The translations under genes were made by a program, and so were the position numbers. A stretch of 64,000 bases of DNA from Felis catus (Eukaryota): the NCBI RefSeq assembly GCF_018350175.1, contig NC_058368.1, forward strand, positions 129,520,001 to 129,584,000, written 5' to 3'. Shown piece by piece: positions 12,550-25,554 of the stretch. The first letter of the stretch is position 1. Every line of letters begins with the position of its first letter. The notes beneath the pieces were generated by a model. It saw only the letters and a program-made list of their open reading frames with translations. It was not told where the DNA came from and ran no database searches.

Positions 12550-13208
12550 TTCAATTATTTGCTTCTAAAGAGAAAGTTGAAATATGAATACATATATTAT
12601 TAAATATTTTAAAAAATAGTTCACATTTTGAAAATGGGCAGAGGACACAACAAAGAGGAAGAAAGAAATAGGTAACTAAACAACATGAAAATGTTTGGCC
12701 TTACATTCCAAACACTAAAGCAAGAGGCTCCTTGGAGGGTGTAGAACACACCTTACCGGAGCAGTTGGGACACAGCAGTGGGGGATGCTGATGTGGGCTG
12801 AGTAGCAGCAGTGCCCCCACCCACTGCTGGAGAGGGCTCACAGGTGGCATTGCACCAAAGAGCCCCCCTCCTGACTAAGTCAGATGGAGAGACTTGAGAC
12901 CTACTTCAGAATTTCAGTGAATAGGACTGTGCAATGGATCAACTGAGGGCGGTGAAGGAGGGGTAATGATGGAGTAAGAGTCTGCAGTGATTCTGATTCA
13001 TGATTGGGATCCCAGTGTGGAAGGCAAGAAAGGGGGTACAATTCGTAATTTCCACAGCCTGTCGAATATCCCAGTCAAGACACCATAGTTCCACAGTTAC
13101 TTTCCACTTGAAATTTGTATCTGTCTTGCTTACTCACTTCGTATGTCTATTGACAAATGATGTGACCTTTCACAACCTCCAATACGTTTTATATTATATT
13201 GTTTCTCC

Positions 13209-13237
13209 TTTTTTTTAAATTGTTTTGTTTCTTTATT

Positions 13238-13280
<43 letters not shown>

Positions 13281-13329
13281 TGGGGGAGGGGGAGGGGCAG
13301 AGACAAAGAGAAAGAATCCCAAGCAGGCT
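13209..13329 (-). mobile_element. 5'-truncated Can-SINE with expanded (GA)n
   Basis: T tail, (GA)n 13240-13276, GGGGCAGAGA..AGAATCCCAAGCAGGCT; tRNA-like head missing. Confidence 0.85.
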
Positions 13330-14155
13330 ACCTTGTCTGCCTTGTCTTCTTTCATATTCCTGGGACCTATTGTCTGTCTTCTCTGCATATGAATCCTCCT
13401 TCGTACTTTCAGAATGTGTCCCTTCCTTCTTTATAACATATTTTATATATTTATCATTTTATATATTTAAGCTTATGTACGATAAACATTAAATGGATGG
13501 CATTATAACACAGAGGCTCTGTGAATTGCAGTGGTCCCATTAGCTACTTGAATGTCATGATGAAATATTGAAAGGCTAGACAACAGTTAGATTCTGTCTG
13601 GGTTTTTTGTGCAAGTATTTTATTTTATCCAGCTAATATATGCATATATATTTAAAAAATCAAATACCCCCAAAGGCTTATGACAAACAGCAATTTTCTA
13701 CCCTATCCCATCCCACCTCACATTGAATTCCCCATAGGAAAACTCCTTCACTCCCCATGCTAGTCTCCTCTGCATTCCCAGAAATATGTATACACTACTT
13801 TTATCTATGTTACTTGTTATCTAGTAGTTTCTTCTCACCATAGATGAGGGTTAGCTCTCTCGCATCACGTGTCACCTCTCCTCTCTCCCATCCTCCCAGT
13901 ATAGTTATCCACCACTTTAGAATAAATCACTTACCAGTGTTGATGCAGTTCTGCCCGCTTAAACACTGTTAACTCCACATTCAGGTGTACTATGACTGCA
14001 TTTACTTTCCTGATCAACTTTTTGTTATCCTTGAAAATTACAAATGTCTCACTAGTTTCCTAGCACCATCTGGAATCCACATGTTATCATTACTGAATCC
14101 TGCTCCTGGACTGCTCCATCTTCCTAGTTCATTTGGAGTTAGTCAGTCTTTAGAG

Positions 14156-14590
14156 CAGCACTTTTCAATAGAATTTTGAATGATGACAGAAATTTCTATA
14201 TCTCTACTGTCCAGTATAGTAGCCACTAGTCACATGTAACTATTGAGCGCTTGAAACGTAGCTAGTGCAATGGAAATACTGGGGTTTTCATTTTTATTTT
14301 TTTTATTTTATATGTCTTTATTTCTCAGAGAGAGAGAGAAACAGAGTGTGAGCAGGGGAGGGGCAGAGAGAGAGGAAGACACAGACTCTGAAGCCGGCTC
14401 CAGGCTTAGAGCTGTCGGCCCACAGCCTGACGTGGGGCTTGAACTCATGAATGGTGGGATCACGACCTGAGCCAAAGTCCGATGCCCAACCAACTGGGCC
14501 ACTCAGGCGCCCCTGGCGTTTTCATTTTTAAAAATTTAATTGGTGTGTTTTGATTTATTTACATTTAATTTAATTATTAAAATGGCTGGA
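14156..14590 (+). mobile_element. MER3-like hAT MITE interrupted by a SINE
   Basis: CAGCACTTTTCAATAGAA..CTGTCCAGTATAGTAGCCACTAGTCACATGTAACTATTGAGCGCTTGAAACGTAGCTAGTGC matches the MER3 pattern; AT-rich core resumes after 14530. Confidence 0.8.
14297..14513 (-). mobile_element. Can-SINE
   Basis: Full length; TSD TGG(G/C)GTTTTCATTTTTA (14280-14296 / 14514-14530). Confidence 0.95.
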
Positions 14591-14929
14591 TTAAAATCTT
14601 ATCTTGATATTTGTTTTATCCCATTTGCTCTTTCCTCCTCTATTTCTCCTTTTCTCACTTCTTTTAGGTAAATTGGTTATGTTTTAGTACTGACCTCTAT
14701 AACTATTTCCAATTTTATTTCCTTAGTGGCGTATCCCCTTAAGGTGTGGAGTTACGTCTCTGAGCCCATTCTGTTTTCTAAGTCCCATGTGTGTGTATGT
14801 GGTGGGGGTGGGGAAAGATGGTGGACTCCTAGCTGTGGCATTCTTTGTACGGAATGTGGGATAGATTTTGAGCACTGACCTCTCTTTGCACTACAGTTGG
14901 ACTAGTCTTTCTGTTTTTGACCCCCTACT

Positions 14930-15191
14930 CAATGATGTGCCAGAACCAGCTCCTGCCAGCCAAAGAGCCAATCATGCACATTCCTTCTCATTGAATCCCG
15001 CATTCAATGATGGCTTGTTGATAGCTTCAAATTGGCCATGATAGTGTACCTGTATCAAGAAAGTCAATAAATGCTGTAAACTGGGATTTGCTTTCTCCTT
15101 CCTTCCTTCCTTCCTTCCTTCCTTCCTTCCATTCTTTCATTCTACCATTCTTTTTCAGAGAGCTGTTTGTAAAATATTGAGCACACCACTG
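14930..15191 (-). mobile_element. MER63A-like hAT-Blackjack MITE
   Basis: Terminal repeats CAATGATGTGC / GCACACCACTG; internal TTGATAGCTTCAAATTGGCCATG; contains (CCTT)n at 15097-15130. Confidence 0.78.
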
Positions 15192-15679
15192 CCTACATCT
15201 TATCCTCACCATCTATTATGCCTGACCTTGCCATGATGTAGGGAAGGAGGCTAATCCTTTCTGGTCCACATCCCCATAAACACCCTGGACTCTCATTTCC
15301 CTTGCCCTGCCATATCTGGCACCTTCTTCATATGCTGAGGACATCCTTCTCTTTGTCCTTGTGGGCTTCTATACTTTCTTACCATTTGAGTGCAGCATGA
15401 ATAACTAATCTAGTCCTATTTGTCTCAAAAATGCTATCTTTGTGTTTGAAAGTAGACATGGCAAAGAAATCAGCAACTTTGAGAGCTCAAGAAGGCTTGG
15501 TAATGAATCAACAGCCAATACCCAAAAGTTCTAGTAAGCTCCACATTGGTCCAGTTTACCCTTTAATCTTAAGGGGGAAAAAATGAGGATGATGAGCAGC
15601 TATTTTTCACCTCTAATAAGGGAAAAATGAAGAAAATTAGTTTTTAACTACAGCATGAATCATTTAGATGTCAGTAATT

Positions 15680-15955
15680 TGATTCAAGCTAACATCTCTT
15701 GAGTGATTACTATGTGCTACCCAATATGCTAGGTGCTGGGGAGATAGGAAGGGACAAAGCAGACATAGCCCAGCCATTGTAGAGCTTACAGTAGAGCAGG
15801 AGAGACAAGTAATTTCAAACACCTCTACAAACATGATATCTGCTAGAAGAGAAAAAGTACCATGTACCTTAGGAGCACATGACAGATTTAGTGTAATCTA
15901 GGGGGTCAAGGAAGACTTCCCAGAGAGAACAAGGCTCTAACCGAGACTTGACCAG
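15680..15955 (-). mobile_element. L2 3' fragment
   Basis: TTGAGTGATTACTATGTGC..TGCTAGGTGCTGGGGAGATA..GAGCTTACAGT..CAAGGAAGACTTCCCAGAG. Confidence 0.75.
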
Positions 15956-15959
15956 TAAG

Positions 15960-16480
15960 GAACAGCATTCCTTTGGGGCTGCAAATAACAAAGACCTCAT
16001 AGCTTGTTTAAACAAAGAAGTAATTTGTTAAAGAACGTTAGGTAGCCTTCACAGTCTCCAGGAAGTTCAGAGAACCAGCTTGGGGGCTATGAAGCCATAA
16101 ATCATGCCCAAATCAAGCCATCAGACTCTTCATACAAGGGCCCTCTTGCCACTGGCACAGGCAGAGCCTCTCTGCTGGAGCCCCTGAGCCAAGTTGTGGT
16201 AAAGCTAGCAATCTGCTATTACCTGTGCTATTACCAGTGCTGCCTCTAGAAGAGGAATGTCTCTCTGATCTCCTTGCCAGAATGGCCATCCTGTCTTCCT
16301 GTTACCTTTTTATAAGCTTAAATATCAAAAGAGGTATGTTTCACAGGGCTTGGGTAACATGAGTGTGTCCTAGCTCCAGGTTGAGAAGCCTGAGAAGTTG
16401 AGTTTGTCCCATCTGTTTCCAGTTGTGGGAATCAAAAGATGGGAAACCCTGAAACACAGAACCTTTAAAAGGCACTTAGT
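15960..16480 (-). mobile_element. Old ERVL/MaLR-type LTR (LTR33-like)
   Basis: GGCTGCAAATAACAAAGACC..TAGCTTGTTTAAACAAA..GAAGTAATTTGTTAAAG resembles the antisense 3' end of old class III LTRs. Confidence 0.45.
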
Positions 16481-16599
16481 GGCCCAAAAGTATGAAAAAT
16501 GTCTTTCCCAGAATGCCATCGTTGTTCGATTTCTAGTGATATTGTTTGGATTTGATATGTATGTAGCTGTTACTTCAGTGTGACTACATTTGAGATTTT

Positions 16600-16800
16600 G
16601 CATAGAATCGCAGCTCTTAAAACTGAGAGTGCTTTCTAGAGATCACCTGGCCGAGCCTCCACCTTTTAGAAGGGAAATTGTTATTTATTCCCACTGTAAC
16701 AGCAGAGGCAGGTAGGTCCTTGGGAGGTCATGCCTTAGTTCACACAACCAGTAAGTAACAGAGCCGAAACCAGAATTTTTATCTTCTGGGTGTTCACTTC
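16600..16800 (-). mobile_element. MIR
   Basis: TAGAGATCACCTGGCC..CCTTTTAGAAGGGAAATTG..CACACAACCAGTAAGTAACAGAGCC. Confidence 0.6.
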
Positions 16801-16829
16801 ATTCTGTCATCCCCCAATGACATGTGTGG

Positions 16830-17400
16830 GGATGGCTGGAGGCAGCAAAGTACAAGACCAGTAGCTTAGGTTAGGAAGGTCACGGTGGAGATCAGTCAAG
16901 GTGGCCAGATGGTAGAGATGTATAGGTTGTAAAATTGGCTTTGCAATGGATTAGATGTGGCAAGTAGTGGAGAAGAAAGAGTTAAGGTTGGTCCCCAGTT
17001 TGGGGCTGATTAAACCAAGTGATGATGCTTTTTACTATGATGGGTAAGAGAGTCTGGAGTGGGAGTGAAAGGTAGGCAGAGGAGGTGAGGAATGGAGAAC
17101 ATGATGTGCTCACTTTGTGATATGTCCAATCTGAGGGCCCCAAGATACAGCTTTGTGGAGTTGTTAAGGCAAGGCAACCCAGCTTTTGGTATTGTTGAAA
17201 TCTTTATGGTAACTGAAGCAGGGACATGGACAAAACCACCCACGCAGAGAGCGGAGGTGGTGATAAGAGGAGGGACTAGGGCATAACCCCAAGGACTAGC
17301 AGGACATGAAGGACTGGTTGAGGAGAACGACATGTGTAAGGAGTCAAAAAGGGAGGGACCATAGGGAAGGTAGAAATCAAAGAGGGAAGGAGGCAGAAAG
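16830..17400 (-). mobile_element. L2 fragment
   Basis: TTTGCAATGGATTAGATGTGG..GAAAGAGTTAAGGTTG..CCCAGTTT purine-rich antisense L2 body. Confidence 0.6.
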
Positions 17401-19953
17401 AACACAGCTCCACCCCCTTTCCCGGAGATGTTTATTTAACTCATCTTCAGGATTGGAGGGGGCATTATGCTTCCTTTTAAGTGTGATAGCTTACAAGGTA
17501 GGAGGTAGATGTTCTCTTCAGGTCTTTAGAGCTTTATTTATAAATCAGAAGCTGACATCTGGGCTCAGTAGCCATATAGTGGTCTTTTTGGCTTTGGTTT
17601 CAGTTTCAGTTAGCTCATTGGTTTTCTTAGACTGTGCTGCCAGTCCCAGAAAATGAATGTCCAATGAATAGAATCTGATAGACAAGAGAAAAGAGAGACA
17701 CATAGAACATATGTGGCTCTGGGGCTTGGTGGGGTCCGAGTTAAATTTCAAAAGTTTCTGTGCTTTTTGAAAGATCGGGAAGCCTAGAAAATCAGGATGA
17801 CTGGCTTGATTCCCTTTTCTACCCATGGTTTACGTAAATACAGAGAAGTTGCCCGACCCCCATATAGCTTAGCAGCTCACTTTGCAAGATGAAAATAATA
17901 TAACCATGTTCTCTTGGCTTAATGAGTGAACATCTATCAATGTAAGATTCTTATAGCCAAATGGAAGAATATAAAAAACAAAATTTTGATTGTTTCCCTT
18001 GGAGCTGGGGTCTTTATTGCAGACTTGTATAAAATACACAAGTAATAATCTCATGTTGTTAGGTTATATGAACAAAAGACTGGACATCGAGGGTCAAATG
18101 ACCTGTTTCCCATCTGTCAGACACGTTGAGAAGTTCCATTAGAACATGGCCTGTAGACTAAGAATATAAAGACCCTGACCTGCTTAAGCAGTTATCACAT
18201 GGTGCACAGAATGTGATGTAGCTTCCATTCTAACTGGATAATTACATGAAATTTCACATCTCTCAGTGTTCACATGATGGAAGAGATCTGCTGTAGTTTT
18301 CCAAGGCATAATTTCCAAATAACACAAACATTAGAGTTGCATGCTTTACTGCACTTTGGGGGACCGTTTTCTAGGCTAGTATTTACCAGGAAGCATTGGA
18401 AAGTGTCTGGTCTTACAGATCCCAGAAGAGTTTACTGCATTCTTTCTTGACTTCCTCACCCCAGAATACTACTGCATTTCATATTGATTAATATTAGCAA
18501 TATCTTATTAATACAATTTTATTTTACATTATGCCTTTATCCAAAGGGTCATACACACTATATCAGCAAGCCTCATAGCAGCTGGAAGAAAGAGAAACTA
18601 TATTCTTGATTTATTTGAATAAAGAAAATGAGGCAGTGGGAAGACAAGTTCCTTGCATGTGTCCTTTGTATATGGATAAGCATAATTGTGCTGGCTTCTT
18701 TATAAAGGAGAAGTTTCATAGAAAAGGTGCTGGAATGGGAGTCTGGAGACTTGGCTTCTCACTCTGGCTTAGCCACTAGTTGTCCAAGTTCCTGGGGGCA
18801 CCAAGGACCCTCCTGTGACTGGTGCAGGAAGGTGAAAATGCTGATGCCCCTTCAAACCTTGACTCTTTAAATGCTTGTGCAAAATTTAAGGGGAAGTCTG
18901 AGAACTAGGTAAGAGGGAGAAGGAAAATGTAGACACCCTAGTTATCAAAACATGGAAGGCAGTTTGCAGTTTCCAGGTTCCATTCTTCTCAAAGGCAGTT
19001 TTGTGACCCTGTTTGACATCACAAGTGCCCCTTGAGGTTGCCACACCCCACACCCATGCAGCTCATCTTCCTATTCCTTCCAATTCCATAAATCCTGCAG
19101 AGATCTGGTAAACATCGTCCACTACACCATCTTACACCTCCAGGGGGATATTCTGCACTCTCTGTACACAGCCACCCCAGGAAACACCCAGGGTCCACCG
19201 CTTCCCCATCCAGCTCTGCCGGAACAGGTGACTTAACCTCACTGAGTCTTGTTTTCAGAGATTTCGAACTGGTATTAATAGTGAAACTCTTGTTTAAACA
19301 AAATCTACATGGAAGCCCACCTGTGAAACACATAAAGGTTGGAGGAGAGAGTTGTTGGAAGCCTTCTGGCTCCCTCCCTGTTGTTGCTCTTATATTGTGG
19401 GAGGTGGGCAATAAAATCTCAAATTGTCTGGCAAGCATAGTTGGAAGTCGCTGAACTGGACTATCTTTAGGGTGAATCCAGCTTTCACATTTTGTAATTC
19501 TGGATGACTCTGTTAAGGGACTTCTGGTAAAGAGGAGACAGGGAGGTAAATAAATGGAAAGTTACATGGTGTCATGTATTTTCCCCAGCCATTAGTTAGT
19601 AAGTTTGTCTTCAGATGGTGATTGTCCATCACCACTGCGTTGATCTCCAGGGAGGGGAGAACAGTGATGAGTCCCTCCTCAAAGCATGGGAAGGAGAGAA
19701 ACACTAAGAAAAATCACTCAAATCACTCACATCTACAGAGTTGACCACACAGTAACCCCCTACACTACACTGAGGACTGTTGAGGGTCTCCCTCTGGAAC
19801 CCCAGGGTTGCAGAGCACCTGAAGCTACTGGAGTATAAAAAAAAATTGAGAGGACAAATGGCAGCATTCTCAGGACTCACTCTGGCAGGGAGATAGGTGA
19901 GTTTCCCCTGGGAGGTGTGGGCACTGCAGAAGATGCCTGGGCTCAAGCCTTTT

Positions 19954-20150
19954 TAATTTTTTTATGTGTATTTATTTTTGAGAGAGAGAGAGAGAGCAGG
20001 GGAGGGGAAGAGAAAGAGGGAGACCGAGAATCCAAAGTAGGCTCTGTGCTATCAGCACAGAACCCAGCATGGGGCTCAAACCCACAAACCACGAGACCAT
20101 GACCTGAGCTGAAATCAGACCCTCGACCTACTGAGCCACCTAGGCTTCCC
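19954..20150 (-). mobile_element. Can-SINE (older)
   Basis: Antisense copy; degenerate TSD TGGGCTCAAGCCTTTT / TAGGTTCAAGGCTTTT. Confidence 0.92.
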
Positions 20151-20214
20151 TAGGTTCAAGGCTTTTGATTGCTATCCCTCCAAGTATCCTATGCACAAAA
20201 CAGTGGGCTGTGCC

Positions 20215-20625
20215 ATGTGATATATAGTCTCCAACACTGCCATCAATATTTCTTTTCCTCTTGAGTCTGAGCTGGCCTATGACTTTCCCTAACCAAGAGA
20301 TTGTGTTAGAAGTAATACTGTCATTAAGAATCTCGGAGTTCCTGCTTTTGATGTCTTGAAATGGCTTGAAAAATCTCAAGCTAGATTGCTGAAGAGTGAG
20401 AGGCCACATGGAGGGAGGTCCTGGAGGACAAGAGGCCATCTTGGACAGTCAGCCTCAGCTAAGCTCCCAGCAGAGTACAGCCTCTTGAGTGACCTCAGCC
20501 TACACCAGCAGGAAACCACCACCTGAGCCCAGGCAACCTACAGAATTGTAGGAAATAATAAATCACTGTTGTTTTACACCACTGTTTTGGGGTGCTTTGT
20601 TTCACAGCAGTCAATAACTGAAGCA
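20215..20625 (+). mobile_element. MaLR LTR (MLT1G/H-like)
   Basis: GAGAGGCCACATGGAG..CTGAGCCCAG..CAGAATTGT..AATAATAAAT..TGTTGTTTTACACCACT..TTTTGGGGTG..TTTGTT..CAGCA..ATAACTGAAGCA. Confidence 0.8.
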
Positions 20626-20824
20626 ATCAAGGGACCCAACTGGCTAGAAGAAAGGAGACAGCCCATGCCGGATCTCCTCTAGTAGGGAACTGTGCAAAGG
20701 GAAGACCCTATAGAACACAGTGTGACTGATATTCATGAGCATGTCTGTTTCCTAAGAGGAACATGTTCTGTCATCAGGATTGCAATTATATCTGAGCATT
20801 ATGTTAAAGAAACAGGGTAACAGT

Positions 20825-21095
20825 AATGAGAGCAAACACTTAGAGAGCAAACATCTATTACATTCCAGGCACTACTTTAAGTGCCTTACATTATTTTTTT
20901 TTTCACTTAATCTTCTATAGCAAGTCTATTAAGTAAGGTTCTATTATCATTCCATTTTACAGATTAGAAGACTAATGCACAGAGAGGTTAAACATTTTGA
21001 GTCTTTAGAGAGTAAAAGACATAGCTAGTATGTGGTAAGGTAGGCTTTCTGACTCCAAAAGCTATACTCACAATCACAAAATAATACTGCCTCTC
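20825..21095 (-). mobile_element. MIR
   Basis: CCAGGCACT..TATTATCATTCCATTTTACAGAT..GCACAGAGAGGTTAA..TCTGACTCCAAA. Confidence 0.8.
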
Positions 21096-21149
21096 ATAAA
21101 GACCTAAGTGTTTAACAGACATGGTTGATTTATTAAAACATCATAGGGT

Positions 21150-21370
21150 GGGGCACCTGGGTGGCTCAGTTGGTTGAGCATCCGACTTCATCTCGGGTCA
21201 TGATCTCACGGTTCGTGAGGTTGAGCCCTGCGTCTGGCTCTGTGCTGACAGCTTGGAGCCTGGATCCTGCTCCAGATTCTGTGTCTCCCTCTCTCTGCCT
21301 CTCCCCCACTCATGCTTTGTCTCTGTCTCTCTCTCTGTCAAAAATAAACATTAAAAAATTTTTAAAAGAA
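21150..21370 (+). mobile_element. Can-SINE
   Basis: Full length; flanking repeat TAAAACATCA (21134-21143 / 21371-21380). Confidence 0.95.
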
Positions 21371-21428
21371 TAAAACATCAGAAAAAGGCTTTATAAGATA
21401 GAATCAATAACTGAATTATATAGAATAT

Positions 21429-21904
21429 TGTATTCATCTCCTTCAGTTGCTATAACAAAGTACCATAGCCATGGTGGCTTAACAATACACATGTATCCTC
21501 TTATACTCTAGGAGGCCACAAGTCTGAAATCAGTTTTACTGGGGCAACATCAATGTGTCAGCAGGTCTAAACTCCCTCTGAAGGCTCTGGGGGAGAATCA
21601 TTTCCCAACTTTTCCAGATTCTAGAGCTGCATTCCTTGATTTCCTTGGCTCATGGCCCCTAACTCCATCTGAAAAATGTAACATCGTGATTCAGTGTCAC
21701 ATTAGCTTGTTCTGCATCAAATCTCCCTCAGCCTCCCTTTTATAGAAATACTTGTAATTATACCTAGGGCCACTCAGATAACCCAGGATAATATCCCCAT
21801 CTCAAGAAGCTAAATCACTTCTGCAGTCCCATATAAAGTGACATTCTTAGGTTCCAGGGATTAGGAGGTAGATATCATTGGGGGGCGTTATTCTGTTTAT
21901 CTTA
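21429..21904 (-). mobile_element. MaLR LTR (MLT1C/D-like)
   Basis: TGTATT..GTTGCTATAACAAAGTACCA..AAGTCTGAAATCAG..GAAGGCTCTGGGGGAGAATC..GGTTCCAGGGATTAGGA..GGGGGGCGTTATTCTG. Confidence 0.85.
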
Positions 21905-21909
21905 AATAT

Positions 21910-24170
21910 TAATTATATTATGAATATAATTCACCACTTTAGTAAATATAAGGAAAAAATAATTGCATAAATTCTTTTAAAAAGCATAAAGACCAACATC
22001 CATTCTTGATTTTTAAAAGTGACTAATAAAATGGGATAAATTGTTATGTTTTGTCACAGTCAAACCAAGGGCCAACATCCTCTTTAATGGGAAACCCAAG
22101 GACATTCCCAGTCCCCAGTGTCACAAATGAAGTGTTTTCCACCATCAAAACTATTTATTGGCGGGGGGGCACTGGTGAACACAGACAAAAGGGTAACTAT
22201 ATAAAAGTTGGAAAAAGAGGGGGAAAACTATCATTATTACAAAAATATGTTTCTCTACCTAGAAAATCCAAGAGAAGCAACTGAAAAATTATCTTACGAA
22301 ATGGGAACTATCAGGAGGTATAAAACTAATATAGAGAAATAACAACGCCTAAATGTACAGATAATATCAGTTAGAAGAAATAAAGGAAAACACCCCATTA
22401 ACATAGCGACACACAAGAAATGTATAAGATCTATGTAGAAACACTCATACTTTAAGAGGCACAAAAGAAAACCATGTTCTTGGAAAGAAAGGTATCACAT
22501 CATAGTGATGTCACTTCTCCCTAAGGTATCATGTGAATATAATGCAATTTTTGTGAAATTACTAATAGAGTGGCTCTTACAAGTTAAATAAGATGGTGTT
22601 AAAGTTCAGATGGAAAAGTAAACAAGCCAAAGTATTCGGGGATTTTTTTTATTTATTAGATTTTTTGAACAGATTATAAATATAGGATAATAAAAGGACT
22701 TGCCTAGGAAAAATCAAACGAACAGATTTTGATAAAAATGGCCTTTCAACTCTGGTGCAAATAGATGGATTGCTCAATAAATGGTGTTGGCACAACTGAG
22801 AAGACATCTGGAGAAATAAAATAAAATTGGATCTACACCTCACACGTTAAAGATAAATTCCAGATGGAACAAATATTTAGATGTTAAAAAATAAAGCCAC
22901 AGATGTACTAGAAGAAAACACAAAGGGTTTTTTTGTTGTTTTTTTTTCACGTCTTCACGGGACAGATTTTAGAAGCATGACAAAATCCAGATGCCTTCAA
23001 GAAGAGATTGTTCAATTCAACCACAGCAATTAAAAAAATTTTTGGCATTACAGCCTACATCCAGGAAAATGATATGACAGGCAGCTAACTAGGAAAACTC
23101 TTCGTAGGTCATAGCTAGTTTTCCTAACACATGAAGAAATGCTACAAATAATAGATAAAAGTTAACAGTCATATAGATAAAAGGGGAAAGGATGTGCATA
23201 GTCAAGTCACAGAAAAAAAACACATATGGCTTTTAAACATAAAGACATCCATGTAATAAAAGAAAAATTTATTTTTTTTTAACGTTTATTTTTAAGACAG
23301 AGAAAGACAGAGCATGAACGGGGGAGGGTCAGAGAGAGGGAGACACAGAATCTGAAACAGGCTCCAGGCTCTGAGCTGTCAGCACAGAGCCCAACGTGGG
23401 GCTTGAAGTCACGGACCGCAAGATCATGACCTGAGCCGAAGCCGGCCATCCAACCGACTGGGCCACCCAAGCGCCCCGATAAAAGAAAAATTTAAACTAC
23501 ACTGAACTCATTTTTGCTAATCACTGAGATAAAGATCAAATAGTTTACTGGCATATAATATTAGTGCAAGTGTAAAAAATAGGCATTCTCATACATTGCT
23601 CATTAGAGTGTAACTTGGTGTAAGCTCTACAGAGGATAATTTGGTAGCAAATCTGTCAAAATTATTCATAGATGTACTCTTTAGTCCGGAATATCACCTC
23701 CATCAATTTATCCCACAGATAATTATACATGTGCAAAATGATCTATACAAGAATGTATTAATTTTAGAATTGCTTATAATAGCAAAAGATTGACAATTAC
23801 CTAAGTATCTCTCAGTAAGTAAATGACTAAGTAAAAAATGGAATACTAATACAATGCAATACTGTACAACTATAAACAAGAATAAAGAATTTTTTACGTA
23901 CTGATAGGAGATATAAAATATATTGCCAAGAGAGGGAACAAATCAAGGTACCAGTGTATATGGTAAGCTACCATTTCAATTTTTAAAGGGTACTTTAAAA
24001 GGTTAATCCATATATTTACTTGTATATATTTATTGTGTCTCTAGAAGGATACAAGAAACTGTTAATTTTGGTTGTCTCTGGGGAAGTGACCTGAGTGCCT
24101 GGGGACAAGAATAGAAGGTAGAATTTATAACTTTTGAATTTTAAAAACACTTCCTGTTCTTAAAATGTGT
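21910..24170 (+). mobile_element. Ancient L1M (ME/MC-type) ORF2 3' half and 3'UTR, interrupted by a SINE
   Basis: CCTAGAAAATCCAAGAGAA, CCATGTTCTTGGAAAGAAAG, TCAATAAATGGTGTTGGCACAACT and GTACTAGAAGAAAACA landmarks in L1 order. Confidence 0.8.
23272..23477 (-). mobile_element. Can-SINE (felid type)
   Basis: TSD ATAAAAGAAAAATTTA (23256-23271 / 23479-23494). Confidence 0.95.
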
Positions 24171-24189
24171 TTTAAGCATCAATCTTTTA

Positions 24190-24413
24190 TTTTTTTAATG
24201 TTAATTTGTTTTTGAGAGAGACAGAGAGAGACAGAGTGTGAGCAGGGGAGGAGGGGCAGGAAGAGGGAGACACAGAATCCGAACCAGGCTTCAGGCTCTG
24301 AGCTGTAAGCACAGAGCCTGATGTGGGGCTTGAACCCATCAAACTCACCATCAGTGAGATCATGCCCTGAGCCAAAGTCAGATGCTTAACTGACTAAGCC
24401 ACCCAGGTGACCC
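24190..24413 (-). mobile_element. Can-SINE
   Basis: TSD TTAAGCATCAATCTTTTA (24172-24189 / 24415-24432). Confidence 0.95.
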
Positions 24414-24514
24414 ATTAAGCATCAATCTTTTAAAGAACATGAATCACAGTTAAATAAAATTCAGGTAAATATATACGTTGAGTTGGGAGTCTTTCTCATA
24501 AATTTTCCAGTTTT

Positions 24515-24725
24515 CTTTTTTTTTTTTTTTATTTATTTTTGAGAGAGAAAGAGACCGCATGAGCAGGGAAGGGGCAGAGACAGAGGGAGAGAAAGAATCC
24601 CAAGCAGCTTCCCCACTGTCAGCACAGAACCCCTTGAGGGGCTGGAATTCACATGACTGTGAGATCATGACCTGAGCCGAAACCAAGAGTCAGACACTTA
24701 ACTGACTGAGCCACCCCAGCGCCCC
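24515..24725 (-). mobile_element. Can-SINE
   Basis: TSD AAATTTTCCA(G/C)TTTT (24500-24514 / 24726-24740). Confidence 0.95.
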
Positions 24726-25164
24726 AAATTTTCCACTTTTAACTCATTGCTTCATCTCATCAAGGTCTATCTCTGGGCATGAGAAAGTGCATTCTTGTAC
24801 TTCATCCTAACCCTTCTGGGCTTATTTTCAGCTAGTCTACAAAGCAGATTCTTTCCCATCTGCATGGGAGACCTCTGTTGGGGTTTCCATTTGCGTCTCA
24901 TTCCTTCTACTTCCCTGACTCTTCCTTTCTCCATATTGATAGTGAAAACTTCAAGCTTATTCATAGTTCAAATCGTTTATTTTGGGGTTTTAAACTCCTG
25001 CACCTTCCTTCGTAGCTCTCAAATGTCTCATGTCTAGGTCTGCTCCATACTTTTCCTAGAAAAGGGTTCGAGTTGCTTTTGCTATGCCTTCCAGAACCCA
25101 CATTTCCTGCACCTGCCAGGGCGAGAGAAAGCAGACTCTTTTTATTTACCTGTGTGTGTCTTCC

Positions 25165-25554
25165 TGTGACTAGCTGAAGACTTGACTAGAGAGGGATCCA
25201 CTTCCAAGTTCGCATGGTTGTTGGCTAGATTCTTTCCTCATAGGCTGTTGGACTGAAGACCTCAGTTTCTCTCTGGCTCTTAGCCAGAGACCACACTTAA
25301 TTTCTTGCCACATTAGTCCTCTCCAGTATGGCAGCTTGCTAAATCAAAGCATGCAAGATGAGGAGGCAGTGAAGAGATTCTGCCTTTCTGGAAGTCAGTC
25401 TTTGAAACCTAATCATGAAAGTGACACCATTACTTTCACTTTTGTAGTATTTTATTGGTTAGAAGCAAGTTATTCCAGGGGACGGAATTACACAGAGTGT
25501 CAATATAAGGAGGTGGGAGTCAACTGGGGCCATCTTGGAAGTCAGCCAGCCACA
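25165..25554 (-). mobile_element. MaLR LTR (MLT1F-like), partial
   Basis: GGATCCACTTCCAAG..CATGGTTGTTGGC..AAGTGACA..TATTGGTTAGAAGCAAGT..GGGGCCATCTTGGAAG..CCACA. Confidence 0.8.

Noticed and set aside
19019..19438. 139-aa minus-strand ORF, and an overlapping plus-strand 79-bp exon-like segment (19259-19337)
   Set aside because: No recognisable protein, weak donor (AAG/GTTGGA) and no partner exons; compatible with chance
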